DNA from: the human T2T-CHM13v2.0 reference genome, Homo sapiens | NCBI RefSeq assembly: GCF_009914755.1 | Contig: NC_060939.1 | Reading direction: 5' to 3' (one strand) | DNA: 64,000 nt | Shown here: one piece after another, positions 46,401 through 60,180 of the stretch | Numbering within the stretch: position 1 is the stretch's first letter | Layout: every line of letters begins with the position of its first letter | Notes under the pieces: generated by a model | The model's database searches: none | What the model saw: only the letters and a program-made list of their open reading frames with translations | What the model was told of the DNA's origin: nothing | Position numbers and translations under genes: made by a program

Positions 46401-48053
46401 TGTAGTGTTTAATATGTTAAACTGAATTTTTCAGGTATATAGATAAAAATTAGTCAAAAAACACTGTAATTAGATATGAACATTCAAAAAGTTTGGTTTA
46501 TTGATACAGGTGTTCTACTGAGAAAGACATTTTTATAAGATTTCTTGTGATAAATGTGTCCCTGAAAATACTCAATCTTTTAAATTTTGCACTTAAAAAC
46601 CTCCTACGCAAAAACAGTTTGGTGCAGACTACTTAATACTTATGCAACTTTGTAATTAGTGTTAACAAACATAATTAATAATCAAAATAAGAGTACTAGT
46701 GTACAGAAAGCATCTCTAATTTCCAATATACAATAGTAACTATAGAACAATGCAAAAACAAAAACAAAAAAACCAGTAACGAACAGGGAACAGTAACAGT
46801 AGCATATTAGAAAACAGGGATAAGGAAAGGTCACAACTGCTATAATGCAGACTTGAGCAAAAAGAGGAGGGGGCATAAAGACTGGATAAAGCCACACAAT
46901 AAGCACCTCTAAGATGGAGCACGTGGCCAAAAGAGCAGATGAGCACATTCCTCATGTACCACATCCCCCGCAGCTGGCTGCATTCCACTGTGCCAGCACT
47001 CTACATTCAGTTACTGGTACTCTCTGGTGCACACTTACTGGAGAACTGTGTACAATAAAGTCAATGCAGCTTCCACATTATACTGACACACTATATATAC
47101 AGACAACATTTACCTATTTTCCCATAGTGTGTGAACTAATTCATGAAACAGAATTATACACTCTGAAGCAACAAAGTTGTGTAAAGTGACGAAAATAATT
47201 TTATTGTGGAAACAGAGTAGAGGTTATAACACAATGCCACTTCACTAATTCTTTCAAACTTGATTCAAATGATGTTAGTGAAAGTTTTAGAGGCAAATGC
47301 CTCTAAAATTCTCTGACTTGTATGTCATAAAAAAAAAGCTTTCTCTCTTAAAATACAATTGCCTCTGGGTGTGTGTAGGGGTGAGAGTGGAGGGGCGCTA
47401 AGCCCTGGTAGTCATTCAAAAATTTGATTACTTTGTTACTAATTACCTTCACTGAAGAAAATAACTTGGAGTTTTAGTATTAGCGACAAGGTAATCGAAT
47501 TCTGAATTTTGGACGTAGGACCATTTAGAAAACAAAAGACCTGAGTGAAGACTGTCATTGGTAGGTCATGATCCTTGGCAGCATGACTGTACCAAATGTC
47601 CGGAAGGAGAGTGAGAAGCATATATCTGAAGGAAACGTAGAATTCTCACATAACTATCACAAAATTTTGTCTTGCCTTCAAAAATGGAAAAAACCCACTG
47701 TTTCCTCTTTCTGCTTCTTTCATCACATCATCCTGAGGTTCCAGAACTCATGCCAGATACTTAGTCCAGTTATTCTATAACTTAAATAGATGTTGTGGCC
47801 TAGTTTTGGAGATTCACTACCACTTAATACATTTTTCCTAAGAATTTTAAAAAGTTCAAATCAATCTATTAACAAATGAACTTTTGGCATATGATCTGCT
47901 TCTAATTAGCAATGATTAGACCTGTAAAATGTAGTTATTATTCCTGTCCGTTACCACAATAAAAAATTGGTTCTACGATATCAAAATGTCTTTATGTCAC
48001 AGAAGAAAAAACAAATAAAAACTAATACATTTAAATCTCCCACATGGTTTTCA

Positions 48054-48485
<432 letters not shown>

Positions 48486-49002
48486 TTAACCTGTGTATGA
48501 AGATGAGAAGTAGAAAATGGAGATGCACTATTTACCACAACTCCTGACTAGTGAAATAGTTAATAAATATTTTCTAGGATATTATGATAAAGAATGTCAA
48601 TGCTTACTGACTGTATTAACAGAGTATACATTCCTTTGGTTTAAAAGGGGGGAGGGGGGCTTGTCTGATGGTATATGTGCTTAAGTTGTTTAGTACAACA
48701 GCTGAAAAATCACAAGGTTTACAGCTAAGAGTTGTAGGATTCTATCATTTTAAAAATTAGCATTAGGAAAATGAGTCTATTTAAAGCATCAATCCGGTTT
48801 TCTTTTACATAATCAGTATTTCATTTTTAACAGCTTGTAAACATTCGACTTATAGTTAACACAGAATATCTATCTGGAATAAAAACTATTTTTCCCAATT
48901 ATCAACAACATGGGAGACTTAAAAATAAATTTGTAAGTGGAATATCCAAAGATAGTGTTACACTGAAAGAAAGCGGCTGCAGCCTGAGTGAGGCAGATCA
49001 TG

Positions 49003-49305
49003 ACTGTAATCAATCCCATAACTGTGGGAGGCTGAGGCAGGCCGACTACTTGAGCCCAGGAGGTCAACACCAGCCTGGGCAACATAGTGAGGCTACTCTC
49101 TACAAACTTTTTAAAAAAAAATTAGCCAAGTGTGGTGGCATGCACCTGTAGTCCCAGCTACTTGGGAGGCTGAGGATCACTTGAGCCTGAGAGTCAAGGC
49201 TGCCATAAGCTGAAATTGCACCACTGCACTCCAGCCTGGGCAACAGAGCTAGACTTTGTCTCAAAAACAAACAAACAAACAAAAACCAAAAAGAAAAAGA
49301 AAAAG
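49003..49305 (+). mobile_element. AluJ
   Basis: gcaacatagtgagg, gtcaaggctgc; degenerate 5' end. Confidence 0.88.
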
Positions 49306-51599
49306 AGGCTCCAAAGTGTAGAATCTTAAATCTAAAACTTGTCACTAAACCTCCTCATTAGTTCCACGTCACAAGATGGAATATTTTAAGTTCCATCACG
49401 TGAAATCTTATATTCCTTTTACTCTGTCAACTTAAAGTACACAGATTAATGTCCTATTATGGCTGTTTCAGGAGAGCTACCAAAACTGAGGGAGGAATTA
49501 TGTGACCATGTAAGAAGTTAGATGACATTATATTCAACACTAAAGAGTCTATGCTTCTACTAACTGATAAAATTACCATAATTTCAGTAGAATAAACTAC
49601 TGGATCCAAAGAAACGTAAGTCATAGCCATTCCTTTTGGTCCCAAATTCACAAGCATGGAAATAACAACTACAAAGAATCAAAATTATAAGAAAAATAGT
49701 TCAGCTGATTTTCAAAACATTCACAGAATTATCTAACATGTAGGACTAGATGACCAATGCCAGAGTTTACATCTTGCTAATCATGAGAAACTCAACAATT
49801 AACAAGGCAGCAAGTAAGTGAAGAAACACACGAGATCCAATTTTGTCTCAACAGAAGAACTTTCACTCTCTGTCCAGGTAGGTGACAAAAAGTGATAATT
49901 CACACACATTCAATTCATTCTGGTGCTTATTTTTCAAATGTTCCATGCAAATTTACCACTCACTGCATGCAAACAGAGAAAAAAGAAAACCCACAAAGCA
50001 CATGTAAAAATTGCATAAACATGACTTAAAGACATTTTGCTATCTATGAAGCTATAAACCCCACCTGAAAATTAAAAACTGTTATCACAGATTTAGCACT
50101 ATGCAAAATATGAAAGTGAAAACATGTAAAAATAAAATGGAAATGCAGAATCTAGAAAATTTAAAATATATATTGCTACCCTTCAGTAAAGAAAGGGAGA
50201 TAATGTCATGTTCTCCCAAACTACAGTGACTTCCCTGGTGAAAATGTAAGTAGGTATTTCCTTTCTGGAGGAAAACAGTGAACATGTATCGAAAGTCTTA
50301 AAAACACGAATACCGTGTGAATGAGATCCTACTTGTGGAAAATAATTTGACAATTTTACAAAAATGCATTGTTTCTATATCTGAAAAAAACATGTCTAAT
50401 AAAAGATTACTTAAATGAACTGATAATAGGTCACACAATAAAATAAAAACTATCAAGATTTGAATTCGACAAAGAACTGCCTAGTCTTCCTGATATATCA
50501 CTAACTGACAAAAGTCAGTTAAAAAGTAGCAGGTGTAGGATGAACCCATTGTTATTTCAAAGCATTAATAGCATTTTCTCTGGATGATGTGATTAAGTGA
50601 GTTTTAAAACTTCTTCCATCTTTTGATTTCTTATTTATTCTTTCCATAGTAAGGATGCTACTTGCATATTAAAAATTAATAACTATAAGGGGAAAACAAT
50701 AGCAGTTATAAAACTTCATATACATGATTTGAATGGCCCCGAGATTTACTAAATTGTCTCTGATTTTTAAAAAAATTACAAAAGTCAAAATACCAAAATA
50801 GATATTTTTAATGTGAGCTTTTATACTAAAATAACCTCCCCAAAACTTGTCAGATACATAGTACTTCTTTATATACTACATAGGAGGAGAGTGATCAGCA
50901 CAAACAGAACGAGACTGAAAAATCAGAAGATCTGCATTAAGTGTCATCCTTCTGTCCCTAAGCAGCTGTAGGATCCTAGGGAAACAATTGTCTGGGCCTC
51001 AGTTTTCCCAGCTTTATGAGTCCCTTCAGTTCTAATTTTAAAGTTATTTTATGTAATAGGGAGGTGAGCAAGAAACTAGTATTTGCTGGATGCCTGATAA
51101 CTTATTACACACACTGCGGGGCACTTTGACATGGGTTATCTCATTTGAATACCATGACATTGAGGATTATCTTCAGTCCACAGCCAAAGAGAGAAATAGA
51201 ACTGGAGTCAAATCACGAAACCAAGATCTCAAAGAAAGTACAGAACCAAGACAAGAATAGGAGTCCAGGAGTCTTTCAGCTTCAGAGTCTAAGTCATTTT
51301 GACTATATTGTTTTGCAGAAGGTGATTCATTTCAAAATAATTATTTTTTAACATGAGTAATACTGAAGAATTCTATGGAAAAAAATCTCATAACTAATGT
51401 GCAACTGGGAAAAAAATCTGAAGAATCATAACGTGAACCTCACATTTATGCATCTATCTGGTACCACAAAGGCAGACCAAGTTTCTTGAGGAAATGGAAC
51501 CACTATATTCTGCAAAGTTAATTTCTCTCTAATTTGTTGAGGACCTATGTGCTATGCATTTTATAGACATTCCCACTTTAGAGGGGAATAAACCTTAAC

Positions 51600-51885
51600 A
51601 GTTAAGAGCTCGCATTCTGAGGCCAGATGCCCAAGTTCACATAATGGCTCTACCTCTTAATTAACTATGTGACCCTGAATGAATTACTTGATCTTTCTGG
51701 ACGTAAGTTTCCTCGTAATTTAAATGGTAGTATCTACGAGCATTATCATGGTGAGAGTATTATTCTTCTTCACATTACCAATTGTGAGAAAATTAAATGT
51801 GTTAATATATATAAAGTGCTTAGAACATTGCCTGGCACATACTAAGCACTATGAAAGTGTTAGCTACTACTATTATTGTTGTAAT
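51600..51885 (+). mobile_element. MIR
   Basis: tgtgaccctgaatgaattactt...aaagtgcttagaacattgcctggcacata. Confidence 0.8.
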
Positions 51886-52352
51886 TGTTACTATCACCCT
51901 CACAAGTGTATGAGTTAGCACTATAAACCTTCATTCTGCTGATGCTCAGAGAAATTACATAAGTCATACATCTAATAAGAGATTTGAACTCAGCTACTAA
52001 ACTTGAGCTTTTAATAACTATTAAGAGGAGGATCTGAAAGTAGCCCTCTATATTTGATCTGCCTTTCTGTGCCAAGTTTAACAAATAGCAGCTACACTGA
52101 TGAGACAGGACTAAAGGAAGCCATGCCAGAACCTCCAAGTTAATGGTGGAATCAACTATATTAAGCATTCTTCTTTTTTCCTCACTCCAATGACACCTTA
52201 ATTTATCTGACCTCATCTGCATCACTATCTAATTTAGGATATGTAAAAGGCATACAAAATTTAGAGCACATAAAAGGGCCTCTACGTTGGAAAAGTATAC
52301 ACTAATAACGACTTTTTGGTATAGTTCCTGCGCAAGGGAAATCCTTGTACCA

Positions 52353-53039
52353 TATGGGTCACCAAATCATAGCTCGTAAGTCAAATCGAGTCCACCACCT
52401 GTTTATGTCTCTCAAGCTTAGAATATTTTACATTTTTAAATGGCTGGAAAAAGTTTGAAAAATAATAATAGTTTGTAACGTGAAAATTATAAGAAATTCA
52501 AGTTCCAGTATCCATCAAGTGTACTGGAACATACCCAAGTTCATTGATTTATAAATATACTATATATGATAATGCTTTGGCTCTGTGTCCCCACCCAAAT
52601 CTCATCTTGAATTGTACTCCCATAATTCTCATGTGTTGTAGGAGTGACCCCCTGGGAGATAATCTGAATCATGGGGGCAGTTTCCCACATGCTGTTCTTG
52701 TGGTAGTAAGTCTCACGAGATCTGATGGTTTTATCAGGGGTTTCCGCTTTTGCATCCTTCTCATTTTCTCTTGTCACTGCCATGCAAGAAGTGTCTTTCA
52801 CCTTTCGCCAAGATTCTGAAGCCTTCCCAGCCATGTGGAAGTGTAAGTCCAATTAAACTTCTTTTTTTTTTCCCAGTCTCAGGTACGTCTTTATCAGCAG
52901 CGTGAAAAAGGACTAATACAATATACTATATAGTTTATGGCTGTTTTTCATACTACAATGGCAGAGTTGAGTACTTTAGGCCTGCAAAACCTAAAACAAA
53001 TACCACCTGCCCTTTACAGAAAATGTTTGCCAACCCTTA
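52353..53039 (+). mobile_element. MER58B (hAT-Charlie), split by THE1A
   Basis: tacatttttaaatggctgg...gtgaaaattat and ccctttacagaaaatgtttgccaaccc. Confidence 0.8.
52567..52920 (+). mobile_element. THE1A solo LTR (MaLR)
   Basis: TG...CA termini, 354 bp, 5-bp TSD atata, ttatcaggggtttccgcttttgc motif. Confidence 0.92.
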
Positions 53040-54652
53040 GTTTAGGATCTATTATTTATCTCTGCCCTCCAGTGACCCTGCCATCTAATCATTTGGCCTC
53101 TTAACTCTCTCTTTACCCTGAGCAAATACGTAAAATAAAAGGTATACCTTTCCCCAAGTACTATTAAAGAAAAGAAGAGGAGAGGGGAAAAGGGAAAAAG
53201 GGGAAAAGAAAGTGAGGAAAGGGAGAGGATGCAAAAGAAAAAGAAGGAAAGAAAGGAATTTCCCTGATGAGATCCCTTAGTAATACCTTATCAGCTGTTC
53301 ATAATCAAAATTCCTAGAAGAGGAACAACAGCTTACTTGCTATAATTTCTTCACATTCCATTGACTTTTCTTATTACTCAAAAAACAAAGTATGTTATAA
53401 TGTGTTGATTTTTAAAATAAAACAAACTTTTCTTATTTAGTCAGCAATGAAGGTCAAGTGAGACCTTCTAGTAAAAGTCCTCTAAAGTCAGACACATGAA
53501 AATACTTATCCATTTAAAACAGACAATACTTTCCAATTATTTATTTCTATGATTGAATTAATGGGACAGTGCTACAAACAGAAGTCCTATGGAATAAGTC
53601 ATACTTGGAAGATCAGAGTTTACTCTAGACAACTTGACAGCAATCAGTTTAAAAATGGTTTCACCTAGAGGGATGTGTACTAATGTTAGCAATTAACTTT
53701 GAAAGGCATAAAAATTAAGATGGATTGATGGATACAAGGATGGTTATACGATAAAGCAATGTAAGTATTAATGGCAGAATCTAGGTGGCAGGCATATGTG
53801 TGTCAGCTGTAAAATTTGTGTTCAATGTTTTTTTAGTTCCCACATATCAGTGAGAACATGTGATATTTGTCTTTCCGTGTCTGGCTTAGTTCACTAAAAA
53901 AATGAATTTACAAGACAACTGGAATATAAGCAATGAATACAAGCACTAAGAAGATGAAGCCATAGAAACAGCTGCCAGAAAGTGAAGATGTGACAGTGAA
54001 CGCCAAACAAGTAAGATTAGAATTACAATTAGAATCAGAAATGACAAAAAAGAAACATGAACTGTGAGATGCAATATAAAAACTAATGGTGAACAAAGCA
54101 AAGAATAAAAAATAAAAACGGAAAGATTAAAAGGAAAATGTGACTGTAAGTAGAGTGACCTTTATATTATACAGAAGGTAAAGCAGAATGAACATGTGAG
54201 GAATCTAAAAAACAGATATAAAATAGAAACAACTGAAGGCTTATATAATTAGTCTATAAAGCTAGGAACCACTGCTTAGTAATTTCTCGTAAGTGGAGTC
54301 TCTTTGTTCTGAGACGTTGCAAAACTCCATTCCATCTCAAAGTTATTTTTAATGTTAAAATTTGTAAGAGTGAGCAACGGTATCCTAAATAGTTCTAGGC
54401 CTTGTAGAAATAGACTGTAAGAGACATCTGTGACACAACTATATTCAGTATGATGTAGGGTCTGTTACAATGGGATGAAGTGAATTTAGATTATTTCAAG
54501 ACTAAACCTACAATTGTGAACTCATTAGTACCATGAACCAAACAAAAACCTATTAAATATAGAACAAGACGATTTTCATGAAAAAATAAATATGAACAAA
54601 TCAGTATTTTCAGTTGTTTGAAATATAGGTTAACCTTCAATTACTGTTTTAT

Positions 54653-54965
54653 GGCCGGGTGCAGTGGCTCACGCCACGCCTCTAATCCCAGCACTTTGGG
54701 AGGCCGAGGCAGGCGGATCATGAGGTCAGGAGATCGAGACCATCCTGGCTAACATGGTGAAACTACGTCCCTACTAAAAATACAAAAAAAAATTAGCTGG
54801 GCGCCGTGGTGGGCGCCTATAGTCCCAGCTACTTGGGAGGCTGATGCAGAAGAATGGCATGAACCCGGGAGGCGGAGCTTGCAGTGAGCCGAGACAGAGC
54901 CACTGCACTGTGGCCTGGGCAAAAGAGCGAGACTCTGTCTCAAAAAAAAAAAAGAAAAGAAAAGA
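54653..54965 (+). mobile_element. AluY
   Basis: Full dimer; TSD core actgtttt. Confidence 0.95.
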
Positions 54966-55975
54966 ACTGTTTTTTTCATTTTTATAGTCTCAATATCCAG
55001 AATGCGTGATATATGATAAAAAAAAAAGTAAAATTGTAGAACTAAATATTTACATAATTCATCTGTAAAATGAAAATCTGTTTTACAGTGTCATATTTCA
55101 CAGTTAGAAAGGAAGAAAAACCTTAAATCAACAAATTAACTTTACATCTTATGGAATTAGGAAATGAAGAACAAATGAGACTCAAACTTACCAAAAAATA
55201 AAAAAAATAAAAATAAATTACAGCTAAAATAAAATAGAGAAAAATAGAAAATTTTTGCAATAGAAAAAAAATCAACAAAATTAGGAGTAGCTGTTTTATT
55301 GAAAAGATCAACAAAACTGGCAAATTCTTAGATTAAGAAATGAAGAGAATAGACACAAACAGCAACAACTGGAAATTAGAAAGGCGATACAACAACTGCT
55401 GCCACAGAAATAAATAGGACCTTAAAAGACTAATATGAACAACTATGACCCAAAAAAATTTGATAACCTTTGAGAACGGATAGACACATCAAACCCACCA
55501 AGACTGAGCCACAAATACATACAACTTCTGAATGGACCTATAACTATTAGAGATTGAATCAGTAACTGTCCAACAACGCCAGGGCTTCACTGAAAACTCT
55601 ACCAAACATTTAAAAACTAACAACCCTTCTCAAACTCTTTGAAAAAACTAGAGGACAGAACACTTTCAAAATCATTTTATGAGGTAAGCATTACTTAGAT
55701 ATCGAAATCAGACAAATTTACAAGAAAAAAGAATCCCTAATAAATACTGATGCAAAAAAAATCAACAAAATACCAAGAAACAGAATTCAACAATGCATTA
55801 AAAAGATTATATTTCATAAATTCTCAACTGGAATTTATTCATAAAATCCAAGGATGGTTCAACATACAAAAAAATCACTTTAATACACTGCATTCTTAGG
55901 ACAAAAACCAATAATCTCAACTGACTCAGAAGAAGCATTTGACAAAAATCAACACCCTTTTAGGATTTAAAAAAA

Positions 55976-56279
55976 GGCCAGACAGGGTGGCTCATGCCTG
56001 TAATCCCAGCACTTTAGAAGGGCAAGGTGGGTGGATCACCTGAGGTCAGGAGTGTGAGACCAGCCTGGCCAACACAGTGAAACCCTGTCTCTACTAAAAA
56101 TACAAAAACTAATCGGGCGTGGTGGTGGGCGCCTGTAATTCCAGCTACTCGGGAGGCTGAGGCAGGACAATCACTTGAGAACCCGGGAGGCGGAGCTGGC
56201 AGTGAGGTGAGATAGCGTCATTGCACTCCAGCCTGGGTGACAAGAGCAAGATTCTGTCTCAAAAAAACAAAAACAAAAA
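55976..56279 (+). mobile_element. AluS
   Basis: Full dimer within L1. Confidence 0.95.
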
Positions 56280-56798
56280 CGCTCAATTCGCTAGAAAGAT
56301 ATGGAAATTACTTCAACATAATGAAGGCCATATATAGAAAGACCACAGCTAATGTTATTCAATGATGAAAAACTGAAAGTTTTCCCTCTAAGATCACAAA
56401 TGGAACAAGAATGCACACATTCACCACTTCTATTCAACATACTGTTAGACATCCTGCCAGAGTTAGCAATTGGGCAAGAAAAAGAAATGAAAGGTATTAA
56501 ATGAGAAAAGTAAGAAGTAAAATTACTTCTGTTAGCAAATGACATGATCTTTTATGTTGAAAACTCTAGCCTACCAAAAAGAAAAAAAACCGTTAGAATA
56601 AAGGAATTCAGTAAAGTTACAGGATATAAAAACCAACATTAAGAAAAGAGTTGCATTTCTAAATACTAAAAATGAAGAATCCAAAAAGGAAATTAATTTT
56701 TTAAACCCATTTAAAATGAAATCAAAGAGTAAAAAATACTTAGGGAATATTTTCACCAAGCAAATGAAAGACATGTACATTGAAAATTAAACAACATA

Positions 56799-57102
56799 GG
56801 CCGGACGTGGTGGCTCACGCCTGTAACCCCAGCAGTTTGGGAGGCCAAGGTGGGCTGATCACGAGGTCAAGAGATTGAGACCATCCTGGCCAACATGGTG
56901 AAACCCTGTCTCTACTAAAAATACAAAATAAATTAGCTGGGCTTGGTGGTGCGCGCCTGTAATCCCAGCCACTCGGGAGGCTGAGGCAGGAGTTGTCACT
57001 TGAATTTGGGAGGCAGAGGTGCAGTGAGCCAAGATCACGCCACTCTACTCCAGCCTGGTGACAGAGTGAGACTCTGTCTCAAAAAAAAAAAAAAAAGAAA
57101 AA
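56799..57102 (+). mobile_element. AluS (Sc/Sg-like)
   Basis: Full dimer; TSD gaaaatta(a/t)acaaca. Confidence 0.95.
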
Positions 57103-59700
57103 GAAAATTATACAACAATGCTGAAAGAAATTAAAGACAATACAAATAAATGGAAAGACATCCAAGTTTATGAATTGGAAGATTTAGTACTGTTAAGATG
57201 GCAATACTACCCAAAGCAATCTGCAAATTCAAAGCAATCCCTATCAAAATCCCAATGGCATTTTCTACAGAAACAGAAAAAAAAAATCTTAAAATTAATA
57301 CAGAATCTTGAAGGACCCTGAATAGCCGTAACAATCTGGACAAAAAACAAAGCTAGAGGCCTCACATTCCCTGATTTCTAAAGATATTGCAAAGCTATAG
57401 TAATCAAAACACTATGGTGCTGGCATAAAGACAGATATACAGACCAAGTGAGCAGAAGAGAGAACACAGAAATAGGGAAAAGAGGTTCTTCAACAAACTG
57501 TATTGGGAAATCTGGAATCTAACATGCAAAAGAATGAAGTTGGAGCCTTATCTCACACCATATACAAAGATGAACTCAAGCTGGATTACAGACCTAAACT
57601 TAAAACATCGAATTATAAAACTACTACAAGAAAACATGGAGAAAAAGCTTCATGACATTGGACTTGGCAATGATTTCTTGAATAGATCACCAAAAGCACA
57701 AGCAACCAAAGCAAAAATAGACAAACTGGGGATACATAAACTCAAAAATTTCTACAAAGCAAACAGTAAATGGAGTAAAATGGCAACCTACAAAACAGGA
57801 GAAAATATTTCTATACCATGTATCTGTTATTTGGTTAATATCCAGAATATATAAATAACTCCTACAATTCAACAACAAAAAATCTAGTTAAAAAGTGGAC
57901 AAAGGACTTGAATAGTCATTTTTCCAAAGAATATATACAAATGGGCAATAAGCCCATGAAAAGATTCTCACCATCACTGATCAGTAGGGAGAAATGTCAA
58001 TTAAAACTGCAATGATACATCATCTGAAACCATTAGGATGGCCACCATTAAAAAAACAGAAAATAAGTATTGGTGAAGATATGGAGAAACTGGAACCCTT
58101 ATGCACCACTGGTGAAAATGTAAAATGGTGCCAGGCACTGTGGAAAACAACATGAAGGTCCCTCAAAAAATTTGAAATAGAATTACCTCCAGTTCCACAT
58201 ATGAAGAGCTTGGAAGTCACCACTCCATCCTAACAACAAGTAAAAAATGACAAACTTAAAAATAAACAAATCTGAGATAGGATAAGTGAGGTCACAGGGC
58301 AAATGACTGCCTGTGAGAGCAGAGAACAGGTGAACACATAGCATCACCATTTATCTGAGATGAAAAACACAAGCAGAAACCTCCACGGGGTAGGAAATCC
58401 TGAAGTGTAATAGACAAATTGATGAAGGCTCAGTGTGGACAACTCTGAAAGCTAAAAACTCCAGAGTTACCCAATTATAGGGGGAGCCCTACAATTTTCT
58501 AAGTTTTACATCCAGGCAATTGACCAGCTTCTCACAGTAAATATAGGAGAAAAATCCTCAACCCTCAGCAGGGGAGGCAAAGAGAAATGATTTTCAAGTA
58601 CACTAGACTATTCCGGTCTTAACAAGGTTTGTCCTCAGGAGAAACTAGTTAACCAGAGCCTAACCTGCTGGGGTTGTAGCAAAGCCAAAATGATGTGGGG
58701 GAAGAGAAATAACCCAACTTCAGGCCATTATAGCTATCTTGTTCTAACTAAGGGAATGAGGGAGGGGTGGGATTGAGAAACACTTGTGAAGTTCACAGTC
58801 CAGAGGCATAAGCTCACTAAAAAGACTGACCTAATCATAAGACTACAGAACTCTTCTCCTCTCCCTACACCTTACAACCACATTACTAAATGCTCATTTA
58901 CAACAGTTCCTTTTACCTAGTACATCATGTCCAAGCTATCAAGAAAAAAATTACAGGGCATAATAAAAGGTAAAAAACAAGCACCAGGACCAGATACAGC
59001 AGGGATTTGGAATTATCAAACTTGGAATCTAAAACAACTATGATTAATATGCTAAGGGCCCTAACGAACTGAGTAAACAACATGTTAAAAAAGTAGAGAT
59101 GAAAATCCTAAGAACCAAAAGGAAGTGCTAGAGATAAAACACAAACAAAAACAAAAAACAGAACACTGTAAGAGAAATGAAGAATGCCTTTGATGGGCTT
59201 ATTAGTAGGCTGGGCATGGATGAAGAATCTCTGAGCTTGAAAATATGCCAAAAAACTACATCTGGGCATAAAACGTTGTAATTACAGAAATTCAAGGATA
59301 AGAAAAAAATCCGAAGTAAGCCAGAGGGAAAAAATCACCTTACTTGTAGAGGAAAAAAAGAAAAAAAAGAAAAAATACATGTGACTTCCAACAAGAAAAA
59401 GAGTGAAATATTCATAGTGTTGAGAGAAAAAAAAACCATAAACCTAGCACTCTACCTTGTGAGATTATTATTCAAAAGTTAAAAAGAAACACTTTCTCAG
59501 ACAAAAATTAAGGAAATTTGTTGTCAGTACACCTGCCTTGCAATAAGTGTTGGGAAGTTCAGAAACTGAAATCTACATATATAGAGCATCAAAAGAAGGA
59601 AACACTGAAAGTAAAATAAAACCTTTTATTTTTCTTATACTTAATTGATCTAACAAATAAGAATTTGTTCAAAATAATGTCAACAATTGTGCTTATGCAT

Positions 59701-59768
59701 ACAAATGCTCCTAAACTTACTTATTGGGTTGTGTCCCAATACCATTATAAATTGAAAATATCATGAAA
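59701..59768 (+). mobile_element. Tigger4-like terminal fragment
   Basis: caaatgctcctaaacttac...gggttgtgtcccaata...ttgaaaatatcat. Confidence 0.55.
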
Positions 59769-59860
59769 ACACAACTTATCCAAATTTGTGGGATACAGTG
59801 AAAGCAGCGCTTAGAAAGAAACATACAACACTGATGCATTTATTAGAAAAGAATTATCTA

Positions 59861-60180
<320 letters not shown>

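Larger units (their letters stand above)
55100..58186 (+). mobile_element. L1MB-like ORF2 (host element, 5' part)
   Basis: Continuous degenerate ORF2 sequence, breaks at aaatagaattac. Confidence 0.85.

Noticed and set aside
47447-47540. Strong minus-strand donor GAAG|GTAATT with acceptors 5 nt and 94 nt upstream (possible poison or micro-exon)
   Set aside because: Such matches are expected by chance in long introns; no further support in the sequence.
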